DNA from: Entomortierella parvispora E1425 | Taxonomy: Eukaryota > Fungi > Mortierellomycota | Direction of reading: 5' to 3' | DNA length: 64,000 nucleotides | Assembly: GCA_020891255.1 (NCBI GenBank) | Contig: BQFW01000001.1 | Location: 1,178,001-1,242,000, forward strand | Shown: piece after piece, positions 1 through 11,905 of the stretch | How positions within the stretch are numbered: position 1 is the stretch's first letter | Layout of the letters: each line of letters starts with the position of its first letter | Translations under genes and position numbers: made by a program | Notes under the pieces: generated by a model | What the model saw: the letters and a program-made list of their open reading frames with translations, nothing else | Told to the model about the DNA's origin: nothing | Database searches by the model: none

Positions 1-388
1 CCCTCTGATGCTGTTGGCGGCCATTCTGGGTCTGCCTGCGATCTTGATCTTGATGACGTCCCGCAAGGTGGTCTATGTTGGCTGGATGGGCATGTACCTG
101 ATCTCGCTCCCGATCTGGAACTTTGTCCTGCCCGTGTATGCCTTCTGGCACTTTGATGACTTTACGTGGGGTCAGACCAGAAAGGTCCAAGGCGAGGGAG
201 AAGGAGGCAAGGCGGACAGCCACGGCAGCAAAGAGGGAGAGTTTGATTCGAGCAAGATTGTCATGAAGAAATGGTGCGAGTTTGAGCGGGAGAAGAGGAT
301 CAAACTGGGCCTGACGAACGGTATCACGGGCTGGTATCAACCCATTTCTTCTCTAGTGAACGAGCAACAGCAATACCAACAACAATAG
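1..388 (+). CDS. Chitin synthase, C-terminal end (5'-truncated by the window); Chs3/class IV-like
   Basis: Reading frame open from the window edge to TAG at 388. It contains [36 protein letters not shown], matching the conserved chitin synthase C-terminal 'YxFWHFDDFSWGxTR' motif. Confidence 0.9.
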   Translation, partial: PLMLLAAILGLPAILILMTSRKVVYVGWMGMYLISLPIWNFVLPVYAFWHFDDFTWGQTRKVQGEGEGGKADSHGSKEGEFDSSKIVMKKWCEFEREKRIKLGLTNGITGWYQPISSLVNEQQQYQQQ

Positions 389-949
389 TAGAATAGAACC
401 CCCTCTTACCCTCAAAAAAACAAGGATCCGAGAGACGTCCATAGTGTAGCCGACTCTTTTTCTCCTTGTCCTTTCTCATTCACATCCTCACCTAATAGAT
501 CTTTTTTCATATTCAAGACCAAAAAAAAATCGACAACTTTTGACGACGTAGCAACAATGGCGCGTAGGGCTAGGTGAAAAGGGTGTTGGCGCTGAACTGT
601 AGGCCCTAAGCGAGAGGCAGAGCTGCCTCCTTCATGGTTTCAGGAAGAGCAATTATTGCCACATTGAGGTGGTTGTACAGCCGTTGAACGAACAGGACCA
701 CATGGATGTTTTCTGCCTGTCTGCAGGAAACAGAGCCACCAAAATTGCCACAGCAAGCAGGGGACTGGGGTTTGTCAGAGGGGAGAAAAGAGATAATGTA
801 GGTCGAAGGAAGCACTGGTCACAGAGGTGAGAGCTTTGCTCCATGGTTTCTTAGTCCAGGGGTCGGGCAATCAATGCCTGAGCAAAGAAGCGTCATTTTT
901 TTTTTATTGTTTCTCAGCCAAAGAAAAAATGATATCGTGTTGACAATAG

Positions 950-3110
950 TTAGAGTACTGTGGGTCGTGTGTCGTAGTTGGGAAAGGGAGGGCTTGCCGG
1001 TCTTTGATACTGGTGCTGCAAGTTTGTCTGTTGCATTGAATGCCAGTGTTGTTCTTGGTGTTGTTGTTGAGGTGGGGCAACAGCAGACATGGACGAGGGC
1101 CATGGCTGAGTGAACTGCTGGAAAGAGGAGGAGTTGTGGGCCGCAGGTGGTGATGGGCCTGCATCGAAACCGCTTCTCGAGGGGTTCCAAGGCTGTCGGA
1201 GCAGGGCCGAGTCTCGTGCGCGCGGGAGTTGTGCAAGAACAAAACTTTGGTGCTCTCGGAATTGAGCCCCCAAAAGCTGTGATTGCCGTTCATGTTCTCG
1301 AGGGGAAATGGCCTCCAGGGCCGCTGCTACACCTGCCTTGACCACGTCGGCCGGATCGATAGGCATGGACGATTTTTCCTTCTGCATCCACTCGTCTGGA
1401 TTCCGGCCGTGGGACATGTACGACTGGGATGTGGTCGACCCTCGCCATTTCTGTCTCTCTTGCTCAAGAAACCCGGTCCTCATCGGTGTAGTCTCGAAAT
1501 CTCGAGATCCGTACGGAGACACAGCTCCATCTCCTTCGTGATGGTCCGTGCTGGACCATCCTTTAGTTTGAAATATAGGTTCAAGCCAATGTGCTCGCTT
1601 ACGACGGTAGAAGAACCCGGCGCCCATGGCTGTCAAAAGCAGAACTGCTCCCGCAATAGCACCACCGATGATTGCAGCTTGGTTGTGAGATCCACCATTT
1701 CTGCCACCATTCGGATCCAAGGTCTCGCCAGCAATTGGGATGGATGTGTCGCTTCTTCTGCGACCGGTGCTAGTCGTTACACTGACGCTGATTGTGGTAG
1801 GTGTTTTTAGCCAAGACGGTTTATATTCGTTCACGAATGTGTTGGCCTTGAGATCGAAAAGGAGGACGAGAGGCGCTACTGTGTATTCATCAACGCGACC
1901 TCCCCAATTGATCAGCGTGTCGTTAACTATAGTGCAGGCACTTTCATATCGAGGTTGAGAAGCAGAAGGACCTTGAGTCCAAGTCATAGTGGGCACGTCC
2001 AAGATCCATAATTCGCCCGTAAGCAACAAATTTGTTTCCAATCGCCCCCCAAATACAACGATCTTTGTTCCGTCTTCGTCTAATGCCATGATGAAAAATG
2101 AGCAGAGTTAGTCCATTAATGCAGAGCTTCATCCAAACAGTACTGTAAAGTGGATGAAGGTGACTCACTGGGTTCCATGCAGTGGCCGATTCTATTCGTT
2201 GGTTGTGGTCCTTGTGTCAACTGTGAAAATCAGATATGAATGAATCTTTGCATTTTTCACAAGAAAAAAAAAATAAAATAGAAAGAGCTCTGATCTTGCC
2301 TACCAGCGTTCTCCATGTGTTGTTTGCCGGTATGAATTCAATCAACTCAAGGTTTACTGGCGTCCCATACGTGCCATTCACAGATCGACCCGAGTACAGG
2401 AGGCTTTTCCGATAAGCCGAGTAGGCAACCGAATAATGTGCCCATCTCCCAAATGTCGACCCGATGTTTTCTGCTACTGTGCCAGCTGGGATAGGCACAG
2501 AGCTTATGATCGTATTCGCTACCATATCAAAGGAATACATATACTGCATGTTCTTAATCCCTATGTCACCCTCAGCCATATAGACCAGTCCAGTATCTCG
2601 ATCTTGAGCCGACAAGTAATCCAAGCGTGGCATGCTATCCGCCCTAAGTGTTACCAGCGTCCAAGCGTTCTGGACCGAGTTGTATCGAAGCTGATTCCTC
2701 CCAAATGTATTGAGATATTTTCCGTCCAACGAGACAGCCATGTACATGTACATGTACACGTCATCCAGGCTGTGTTGAAGCATCGACAAATTGGGCGGAC
2801 TGAGATTAGTCCAGACTGGCTTGCTGGCATTCCAAGTAGCAGTAAGATCCAAGGCAATGAACTGATTAATATATGAGGGCGTTGGATAGCCGGATGAATC
2901 AACAGAGTCTGTTGACATTCCGCCTAGGATAAGAAACTGTGTCTTTGTTGTTGCGGATACTGGCGAGTATGTTGAAAGATACTGGCCCTTCATCGGCGGA
3001 TATTGCGCAGAAACGGACACGTTGAATGGCACTAGCATCATTAGGATGATAGAGATCCATGAAAGATGGGCTACGCCAAACTGGTGCCGAGGCTCCCTGC
3101 AAACAGACAT
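950..3110 (-). CDS. K1: Kelch-like beta-propeller single-pass membrane protein (intact, ~662 aa)
   Basis: Exons 3110-2304, 2220-2169 (52 nt) and 2079-950, with GT-AG introns; 1989 nt in frame. Signal-like LSWISIILMMLVPFNVSVSA-Q; Kelch-type blades (FLILGG, IVVFGG..LWILDVPTMTWTQG, LINWGG); TM AAIIGGAIAGAVLLLTAMGAGFFY-RRKR; tail ends PPFPNYDTRPTVL. Start codon is uncertain. Confidence 0.85.
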
Positions 3111-3773
3111 TCTTGAGTGGACTTGTAGCAACCGTGCTCCTCTCAGTGTGTTAACAGAGATTCTCGTTTCAGGTGAAGGGATACGTTCCTCCAGCTGAAG
3201 AATGTTCAATTTTTTTGTGGTGGTCGGAGGAATTAGTGTCTTTACGTATTGAGAAGTGGGATGTGGTGGGAAAAGTGAAGCGGACCAGAGAGATGGAGTG
3301 GAGAGAAGGAAAAGTAGAGGCTTGATCCGCAACAAGAAGAAAAAGGCGGCTCTGCCGAGTCACTGACTCTCGCTCTCCCTCATTCCCAGGGCGTCCTCAC
3401 TTCCTGTGTGGTTTCTCCTATCCTGGACACGAAGACGTTGAGCGCTGAGATTTCTGTGCTGCTGTGCAACCTACTGTTTCGTGTTTTTTTTTGTTTTGTT
3501 TTTTTTTTCTGCTTTTCTGAGCATTTTTTTTTGCATGCATGCCCTATCCACCAGGCGTGTTTCCTTCATCTCTTCTCAACGCCATGAAATCAGAACGGAG
3601 GAAAGAGATAACACCCATACACACACGCAAAGAAAAATGGTACGTTCTGGCGTAGGTTTATTTCATCTCGTCATCATATTCTACTTTTGAGAGAGAACAA
3701 CATGCGCCAGTTGTGCTTGGAAGACCAGGATTTTTCTCTTCAAGATTTTATTTTCTCATAGCGGTGTTTCTCC

Positions 3774-5306
3774 TTAGGGCTGAGTGCTGTAGTTGAGAGG
3801 CGGTGGTGAACTGACTGGTCCTTGCTGATCTGGATGCACTTGTAATTTTTGCAGAAGCTGAAGTTGCTGGTGAAGTTGCTGCTGTTGCAAGTGCAACAGT
3901 TGGACCGATTGTCGGTACAGCTCTTCTTGTTGGTCTCGTTGAGGCAATGCTAAAGGAGAGACGGGTGAAGACCATTGCTGACCTTGGCACTGAGATGGCT
4001 GCTGGAAAGAGGAAGGAGTGGGGGGGACATCCGATGGCGCCACGATGCCAAAACTGTTCCAGGCCAGATCGGAGGGGTTCAAAGACTGTGGGAAAAGAGC
4101 CGAGTCTTGTACGTTCTGGATGTCTGTTTGAATACCTCTTTGGCGCTCTCGGAAACTAACCTCCAAAATCTGCAGCTGAAGCTCGCGCTCTCGAGGGGAA
4201 AGGGCACTTGCTTCCAGAGCAACCGCTACACCTGCCTTGAATGCGTTGGCCGGATCGATGGACATGGCCGCTTTTACCATCTGCATCCACTCGTCCGAGT
4301 TCCCTCCGCGAGACATGAACGGCTGGGATGCGGCAGAGCCTCGCCATTTCTGTCTCTCTTGTTCAAGGAATTCGGCCCTCATCGGTATGGCCTCCGAGTC
4401 AAGCCCAGTGTATTTAAATCCCAAAGAAAAATCTCTGCTGTCCCCAGTGCTGGACCATCCTTGAAAGATAGGCTTGCGTCTCTGTGCCTGCTTTCGACGG
4501 TAGAAGATAAGCCCGGCGCCAATAGCTATCAAGAGCATGGCTGCTCCTGCTGCCCCGACACCGACGACTGCAGCTTCGATGTGAAAGCTGTCTTTGTTAG
4601 AGCTGTTCGGATCCGGCGTCTCGCTGGCATTGGGAGCTGACGTGCCACTTCTACTACCGGTGGCGCTGCTGGCAGCTGGATTGATGCCAGTTGTGGCGGT
4701 GGATGTATTAGACCAAGTGGGTCTGTATTCGTTTACGAATGTGTTGGTCTTGAGGTCAAACAGTATAACGGGATATGCCACTGTATTTTTGCCCACGAGA
4801 CCTCCCCAGTTGATCAACATATTGTTAACTATAGTACAAGAACCCTTGGATCGAGGTTGAAGAGCAGACGGGCCTTGAGTCCAAGTCATAGTGGGCACGT
4901 CCAAGAACCACAGTTCGCTCGTAGGCAAAAAATCGGTAGTGTTGGCAGTCTCCAACTCCCCTCCGAATACAACGATCTTTGTTCCATCTTCGTCTAACAT
5001 TGTAAAATGAAGTCAATGAATTGGTATCCCATCCAACATTGTTGTGAAGGGGTTCTAAATGACTTACTGGATACCATGCAGTGACCTATTCTGTTTCTGG
5101 GTTGTTCTCCTTGTGCGAACTGTAGAATTAGACATGTATTCATGTATTTATCAAGTGTGCTTGGAACCCTATTCGCTCTACCAACAGATCGACCGGAGTA
5201 CAGAAGGCTTTTCCGATAAGTTGAGTAGACGGCCGAGTACACGTCCCACGCCGCAAATGGCGTCTCTATTTCATCCGGTAAAGTGCCCGATGGGATAGCG
5301 ACAGTG
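3774..5306 (-). pseudogene. K2: Kelch membrane-protein paralogue lacking its 5' ~two-thirds of exon 1 (fused to K3)
   Basis: Exon 3 (4993-3774) is open, with DEDGTKIVVFGG, a TM and ...PPPLNYSTQP*. Micro-exon 5119-5068 (FAQGEQPRNRIGHCMVS). Only VAIPSG...YSAVYSTYRKSLLYSGRS of exon 1 remains (~5306-5170), with no signal peptide and no intron-1 donor. Confidence 0.75.
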
Positions 5307-7005
5307 AGATTTCTAGATCCATAAAGAGATAATGTTCCTTCTCCATCATGGTCTCCGATAGCGGACCATCCTTGAGGCTGAAAGATAGGTTTACGACTAT
5401 GAGATCGCTTGCGGTGATAGAGGAAGAACCCGGCGCCAATGGCTATCAAGACCGATACCGCTCCTGCTGCACCACCACCAATGATTACAGCTTGGTTGTG
5501 AAGGTCATCATCGCTGCCAGCGTTCGGATCCAGGGTCTTACTAGCAATTGGGATGGCTGTGTGGCCTCTAATACCAACGGTACTCGTGGCTGAGCTGGTA
5601 CTGCTAGTGGTAGTGGATGTATCAGACCAAGTCGGTTTGTATTCGTCTACAAACTTATTCTTCGTGAGGTCGAAAAGGAGAATGAGAGGTGCCTCTACAC
5701 CAAAGTCCATTGTACCTCCCGAAACGATCAGGGCGTCATCAGCTATAGTGCAAACGCTGTATGCTCGAGGTCGAGGAGCAGGAGGGCCTTGGGTCCAAGT
5801 CATGGTAGGTACGTCCAAGATCCATAAATCTTGCCCGAGCACTCTATTTGTAAGATTGCCAGTATCCAACTGCCCTCCAAATACAACAACTTTTGTCCCG
5901 TCTTCGTCTGATACCATAATGAGAAAGAAGAACCGAGGCGTAAAAGTAGAGTTAGTGAAGGGCTTATTGATACTAGCTGTATATTTCACTTTGAAGAAAG
6001 TGGCGGACTCATTGGATGCTATGCAGGGAGATTCTCTGTTTCTTGGTCCTTGTCCTTGCACCAACTTTAAAAAAAATGGAATAAATGTTGGCATCTCAAC
6101 TTTCAAAAAAGAAAAAAAAAATGCAGAATGGCTCAGATATGCTTACCGGTCTTCCCCAGGTATTATTCTCGGGAATGAGTTCTGTCAACTCAAGTGGTCT
6201 TGGAGTCAAAGCCTCGCCAAGACGTTGGCCACTCAAAAACAGAAGACTCTTTCGATGAGATAAGTAAACAGGCGTACATAAATTCAACCAGCTTCCTGGC
6301 GCCATGCCGGCTGGGATGACTGCATTTCTCAGAAACTTATTTTCGACAAGATCAAATGAATGAATGCGCTGGTTATCATCCCCATCTCGAGCCCATTCTA
6401 ATAGCCATACCAGTCCAGTGTCTCGATCTTGAACTGTGTCATAACCGTGTGATCGTAGGCCATCGACCGTATCAGGCACTCCAGTCCAAGTTTTCTGGGT
6501 GAAGTCATATCGGAGGCCATTACTCCCATTCAGCTGCAGCTGCCCTCCAAATGTGTGGAGATATCTTCCATCCCGAGAGGCAGCCAAACACCCAAGAATC
6601 AGAATGACATTGAGGTCACTGTTTCAATATTTTGGTTGCTCCGACATTAGTCCAGACGGGTTTACTTGCGTTCCAGGCAGTGGTAAGGTCCAAGGCAATG
6701 ACTTGGACTAGATTCTCAGAATAGTCTTGAGGTGATTGGCCTATTGCGCTGGCTGAATTGCGTCCCTGGCTGCCTAGAATGAGAAACTGCGTTTTTGTAC
6801 TTGTGGATGCAGCCCAGTATGTAACGACATACTGGTCCTTTGATGGAGGATATTGCGCAGAAACCAAAACGCTGAATGACGTCAACATCAAGATGATGGC
6901 CAAACCATCGGAGACAGACCACAATAGGGTGGCATCGACGGTCCCTGCGAACTGATGCTCTTTCCTGCACCTGCGGGAATCGTGCTGCTTGTAGAGTGTC
7001 TTCAT
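5307..7005 (-). pseudogene. K3: Kelch membrane-protein paralogue, frameshifted and 3'-truncated
   Basis: Exon 1 (7005-6147) is 859 nt, with a +1 frameshift near 6620-6640 between ORFs 6616-7005 and 6096-6587. Micro-exon 6064-6013 has its donor mutated GT->AT (atgagt versus gtgagt in K1). Exon 3 starts at 5907 and is cut after ...LSLYGSRNL at ~5307. Confidence 0.75.
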
Positions 7006-7609
7006 TAGCCCTCATTTTATGTATCGGACTGCGTTGCCACAACTGAGACTTTGGAAATGTACTCAGGAAAGAGGGGGCGTTCTGACCATCAGTCAATGCG
7101 GAGCAGCGCCTGGGATGAAGTGGTGAAGTGAACAAGAGGACAAGGTGGAAAGAGCACTTGAGAGGCGGAGAGAAGTAAAAGAGGAAGAGAGGTTCATATT
7201 TCCAGAGAGGAGAAGAAAAGATGACTCTACCGAGGCGCCAGCCCTCTCCATTCCCAGGATTTTTTCGTCTCTTGGGTGTGGTTTATTTTCTCTTGAGAGT
7301 GAACACTTTTTTTTTTATTGACTGAACACGGTGCCATTGAGCACTTTCAACTTTCTGAGCACAATCATTGTTGTTTGCGTGCCCTACACATCAGAGGTGT
7401 TTCCTGCATATTTCCCAACGCCGTCAGGTTTACACAAAGAGGTAAAAAAAATAAAAGTTTGTACCGTTCGAGTTCATGGTACGTTTTTGGTTTTCTTGCT
7501 TTTATTCTGTTTTGGCGCATGCTCGAAGAGAGGACATGTTGCACCCGATGCTCTTATCACGCTTTCATTCTCTTCCTGCTTGATTTCCCATGAGTATCGT
7601 TTGTCTTCA

Positions 7610-8205
7610 AGCCCAATGTTTATGATTGAGAGGAGGCCGACTAACTGGTCCTTGCTGAGTTTGCTGAATCTGGAATGGTCGCGAAAACTGCTCTTGCTGG
7701 CGCTGCTGCTGCTGCGAAAGTTGCAGCTACTGCAGGTTCAAGAGTTGCATCGATTGGCGGTGACGCTCTTCCCGATGTTGTTGCTAAGGTGGAACCACAG
7801 TGAGGAGAGGTGACGATTGCTGGACGTGATGCTGAGATGCTGTGATTGAATAAAACTCTGACGATCTCGGAACTTGGACTCTAGGATCCACATCCGCAGC
7901 TTTCGCTCTCGAGGGGATAGGGTGCTTGATTCCAGAACTGAAGCTGCACCTGCCTTGAGTACGTTGTTGATTGACAGACATGACCCTCTCTCCGTCTGCT
8001 CCCACTCGTTCGTTCGGGTTCCCTCCATGAGCTGTGAATGACTGGGATGTGGCAGAATGTGGCAGATACTCGCCATGTCTGCCTCTCTTGCTTAAGAAAT
8101 TCGTCCCTCATCGTCATGATCTACGGTTTGGGACTGGCGTACTTGGATCCAAGAGCGCAATCTCTAGATCTGTAGAAAATGGAGGGTTTTCTCCGTCAGA
8201 AATTC
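7610..8205 (-). pseudogene. K4: remnant of Kelch-receptor cytoplasmic tail (copy A)
   Basis: Frame-broken matches to family motifs: SRDCALGSKY..MRDEFLKQERQTWR, KAGAASVLESSTLSPRERKLRMWILESKFRDRQSFIQ, QQGPVSRPPLNH. No TM or propeller lies upstream. Confidence 0.75.
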
Positions 8206-9060
8206 GCCTGGACCAATGGTTTGGGGTGGTCATGTGGAAAATGCGAACGAGGGCGCGTCGAACGAGGGCGCGTTGAGCTGGTGCGAGCAATGGATATGGA
8301 TCTGGTATGACGTGGATGCGTCAGTTCAGGGACGAAGGGGGAGAACGGAAGGAGAAGGGCGGGTGTGAGCAACGGGGATGGTGGATAAAAGGGGGATCTT
8401 GAGAGTCTTTAGACAAAGGCCTGTAGGGAAGAGGGTAGAGAGGGAAACGAGAAAGGAACTGCAGATCTTGCGGTCTCAAGAAGCGGGTCAATGTTGAAGC
8501 GACGGCGTTAGGGGAGATGTGACCATGGATCCTGACGGTCTGAAGCGAGAATGTGTATCGGGAGTAGGAAGATTATCAGTGGAAACGACGAGGGCACTGA
8601 CGGAAAAGTAACCAAGGCGGGACACAGAAGTTGCCTTTGTTCCAAGGACTAAAGTTCAGAAAAACGGCCGATGAGTGATGACACGTTCACAGGTAGCATC
8701 TCGTCCATGCAGCCTTGATGTCAACACTGAGCAGAGCTGAATGCCCATAGCGTTGAAGATGGTCTGCACGAAGGTGTTGGATTTAGCGAAAAAGGGCCAT
8801 CTACCTTCTCTTAATTTCGCCCCTTTTTAAGGGCTCTGGATCCAAGTGTTCGAAGCTTGAATAGACCAATAGAGCTCAGGACGTCGCCGCGGATTGTGAA
8901 GTCACCCACAAAAGTAATCGGCAATTACCAACTCTTGCTCAATCTGTTGGCGAAGGGCTCATGGGTGTTGACACAAGTGACCAAGTCGCTGAGGACGATC
9001 GTCGGCTTTAGTTACCCTATTGACGAAGAGCATCATGGAAATTGAAATTGGCATTCAGAT
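8205..9060 (-). mobile_element. Possible degenerate non-LTR retroelement 3' fragment replacing the 5' part of K4 (also at ~11905-12690)
   Basis: Stop-interrupted frame containing LH(N/D)PRRRPELY in both copies. This is reminiscent of the 'LxxRRPDLY' motif before the C-terminal zinc knuckle of fungal L1/Tx1-like ORF2. No RT motif was seen. Confidence 0.25.
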
Positions 9061-9825
9061 CGCCGCTTGGAGGAGGAGGAGGAGGAGGAGGAGGAGGAAG
9101 ACCAACCACCGACCTGTACCAGATCCAGAGGTGGTTAGGTGTAGGTCAGCGAAGACAGAGCGCCGGTTCTTGCCAAACCGACTGTGAAGCATGATTGGCA
9201 GTATCCAAACCGCCGATTCGCGCCAGGTCCAGAGATCTACACAGACAACTGGTGAGCGACCAGTGAATCAAGAGACAGTCTCCGCTGCCGACTGTTTGGG
9301 CGAGGACAAGGGCAAGAACAAAAGACCGGTCTTGCCGATCCCTCCGTTTTTTCTCCTGAGCCATCTTCCCTGTCAAGTTTCTCTTCCAATGCCGTCGAGG
9401 CTGCGAGGCTGGGCAGTGACAAGTTTCCGGTTGTTCTGTCCTCGTCTCCTGTTGGGTTGTCCAGCCAGCTCCAGCGACATGTGACTGCAGCAGTAAAAGT
9501 CAACCGGGATGCAGAAAACAAGGGCTGATAAGAAGAACAAGGGCAGAGAATTGCCAGGGCAGGGCAAAAAAAAGATGAGGCCGAAAGAGACAAAAAAGGA
9601 GAAACACGACGGATGCTGGTTTAAAAAGGAGAGGGTCGTGGGAAGAGAGGGGGACGCCAAAAAAAAAAGGAGTCCAAAAAGGAGTCCAAAAAAAAAAAAC
9701 CACAAGCTCCAAGAAGTTTCTGTCCTGGTGTTCCTCTGGTTTATGTTCTCTCCTGAAGTTCCCCAGTTGTTTTCTCTCTGCATGCCCGATCAATGTGTGT
9801 GGTTTCCTTTTCGACCCTACACGCA

Positions 9826-9831
9826 TATAAA
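9826..9831 (+). promoter_or_regulatory. Candidate TATA box of peptide gene P1
   Basis: TATAAG, positionally conserved with TATATAAAG at 13302-13310 in copy B. Followed by a conserved 5'-UTR containing a probable intron (9964 GTATGT..CAG 10060). Confidence 0.55.
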
Positions 9832-10079
9832 GAGGCAGTGAAGAGTCCTGTTCAAACACACATCTATCCCACTCCAAAACTCAGGAATCGCTCAGCTCTC
9901 TCAGCACACACAACTGTCAGAAAAACTACTTACATCGCTGTTCTACCCTGCACTTAAAGCAACGTATGTGCCTTCACTCGATCTTAGGTACCACATTTCA
10001 CGTCTTTAATTATCCTATTTCTAATACCTACCTCTCTCTCATCCCTATTTGATTCGCCAGCAGAATCCTTCAATAGAAC

Positions 10080-10316
10080 ATGAAGTCACTGAGCACCGTC
10101 TTTGCCGTACTGCTGGTTTCGTTGAGCTTCAGTGCATGCGCTTCAGCTAAACTTTCTGCAGGGGCATGTCACAAAGGGTACTGCTGGGCATACTGTGGTC
10201 TAGAGCTTGTCAACGTCAAGGCATGGTGCTATACTGGAGTGGGCAAATACCAGACGTGCAGCAATGATAGACAGTGCGGTGGTTTGCCATGCTATGGTTA
10301 CTGCGGCATACTGTAG
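10080..10316 (+). CDS. P1: small secreted 8-Cys peptide (78 aa), Tha p 2-like
   Basis: Signal peptide MKSLSTVFAVLLVSLSFSACASA. Mature region ACHKGYCWAYCG...WCYTG..YQTCSNDRQC..LPCYGYC. Paralogue P2 conserves all 8 Cys plus W, Y, T and G. Confidence 0.9.
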   Translation: MKSLSTVFAVLLVSLSFSACASAKLSAGACHKGYCWAYCGLELVNVKAWCYTGVGKYQTCSNDRQCGGLPCYGYCGIL

Positions 10317-10514
10317 TGTTATTATACAGCCTTTCCCGTGATACCGTTCCTTGAGTATATCTCCAGCCTTCAAGCATTTATGGCCCTTCTTCTTAGCACA
10401 ACTTGTTGGTCCTATTTTGTAGAAGTGAAATTTCGCAACCCATTATTAAAAGGGTGTACAGGTCCTCGGATAATAGGCTTAACTCGTCATGCTATTCGAC
10501 TTGGCCAGCTAGAA

Positions 10515-10800
10515 ACAGAAACGCTGAATGACACTAACATCAGGATGATGGCAGCAAACCATCGGAGACAGATCGCAGTAGGATGGTATCGACGATCCTT
10601 GCGAACTAATGCTCCTTCCTGGACCTGCGGGAATCGCGTTGCTTGCAGAATTCTTTGTCAGCCCTCATGTTATGCATCGGACTGCGTTGCCACAACAGAG
10701 ACTTTGGAACTGTACTCAGGCAAAAGGAGGCGTTCTGACTATCAGCCATTGCGGAGCGGCGCCTGGGATGAAGTGGTGAAGTGAACAAGAGGACAGGGTA
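10515..10800 (-). pseudogene. 5' leader/signal-peptide fragment of a K3-like gene (copy B), with in-frame stop
   Basis: Homologous to 6860-7135. The frame ...QRDSRRSRKEH* stops where K3 reads RCRKEHQ. The rest of the gene is absent. Confidence 0.7.
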
Positions 10801-11279
10801 GAATGAGCACTTGAGAGGCGGAGAAAAGTAGAAGAGGAAGAGAGGTTCACATCTCCAGAGAGGAGAAGAAAAGTTGACTCTACCGAGGCACCAGCTCTCT
10901 CCTTTCCGAGGATTTTTTCATCTCTTGTGTGTGGTTTGTTTTCTCTTGACAGTGAACACGGAGCCGTTGAGCAATGGAGTTGGTGCTGCTATGCAACAAG
11001 GGGTCTGATTTTTTTTTCAACTTTCTGAGCACAATCATTGTTGTTTGCGTGCCCTACACATCAGAGGTGTTTCCTGCATATTTTCCCAACGCCGTCAGGT
11101 TTACACAAAGAGGTAAAAAAAAATAAAAGTTAGTGCCTCTCGTGTTCATAGTACGTTTGTGTTTTCCTTACTTTTATTCTGTTTTAGCGCATGCTCGAAG
11201 AGAGGACATGTTGCGCCCGATGCTCTTATCACGCTTCCATTCTCTTCCTGCTTGACTTTCCCATGAGTAGCGTTTGTCC

Positions 11280-11905
11280 TCAGAGCCAAAGGCTATGATT
11301 ACGAGGAGGCGGACTGACTGGTCAATGTTGAGCCTGCTGAACCTGCTGAGCCTGCTGAATCTGCTGAGCCTGCTGAATCTGTAATGGTTCCGAAAACTGC
11401 TCTTGGTGGCGCTACTGCTGATGCGAAAGTTGCAGCAACTGCAGGTTCAAGAGTTGCATCGATTGGTGGTGACGCTCTTCCTAATTTGTTGCTGAGGTAG
11501 AACCAGAGGGAGGAGAGGTGACGATTGCTGGACGTGATGCTGAGATGCTGTGATTGAATAAAACTCTGACGATCCCGGAACTTGGACTCTAGGATCTACA
11601 ACAGCAGCTTCCACTCTCGAGGGGATAGGGTGCTTGATTCCAGAACCGAAGCTGCACCTGCCTTGAGTACGTTGTTGATTGACAGACATGACCCTCCTTC
11701 CATCTGCTCCCACTCGTTCGTTCGGGTTCCCTCCATGAGCTGTGAATGACTGGGATGTGGCAGAATGTGGCAGATACTCGCCATGTCTACCTCTCTTGCT
11801 TAAGAAATTCGTCCCTCATCGTCATGATCTACGGTTTGGGACTGGCGTACTTGGATCCAAGAGCGCAATCTCTAGATCTGTAGAAATGGAGGTTCCTCTC
11901 CGTCA
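11280..11905 (-). pseudogene. K5: remnant of Kelch-receptor cytoplasmic tail (copy B)
   Basis: Near-copy of 7610-8205: KAGAASVLESSTLSPREWKLLL and QQAQH*PVSPPPRNH. Confidence 0.75.

Noticed and set aside
2304-3110. Galactose oxidase / glyoxal oxidase enzymatic annotation for the Kelch proteins
   Set aside because: No recognisable copper-radical catalytic motifs or C-terminal Ig-like domain were seen. The TM plus cytoplasmic tail argue for a receptor-like role.
5553-6263. Plus-strand ORFs overlapping the Kelch genes (e.g. 5553-6263, 874-1113, 18589-18927, 21646-21984)
   Set aside because: These are antisense shadows of conserved minus-strand coding exons. They recur only because the genes are duplicated.
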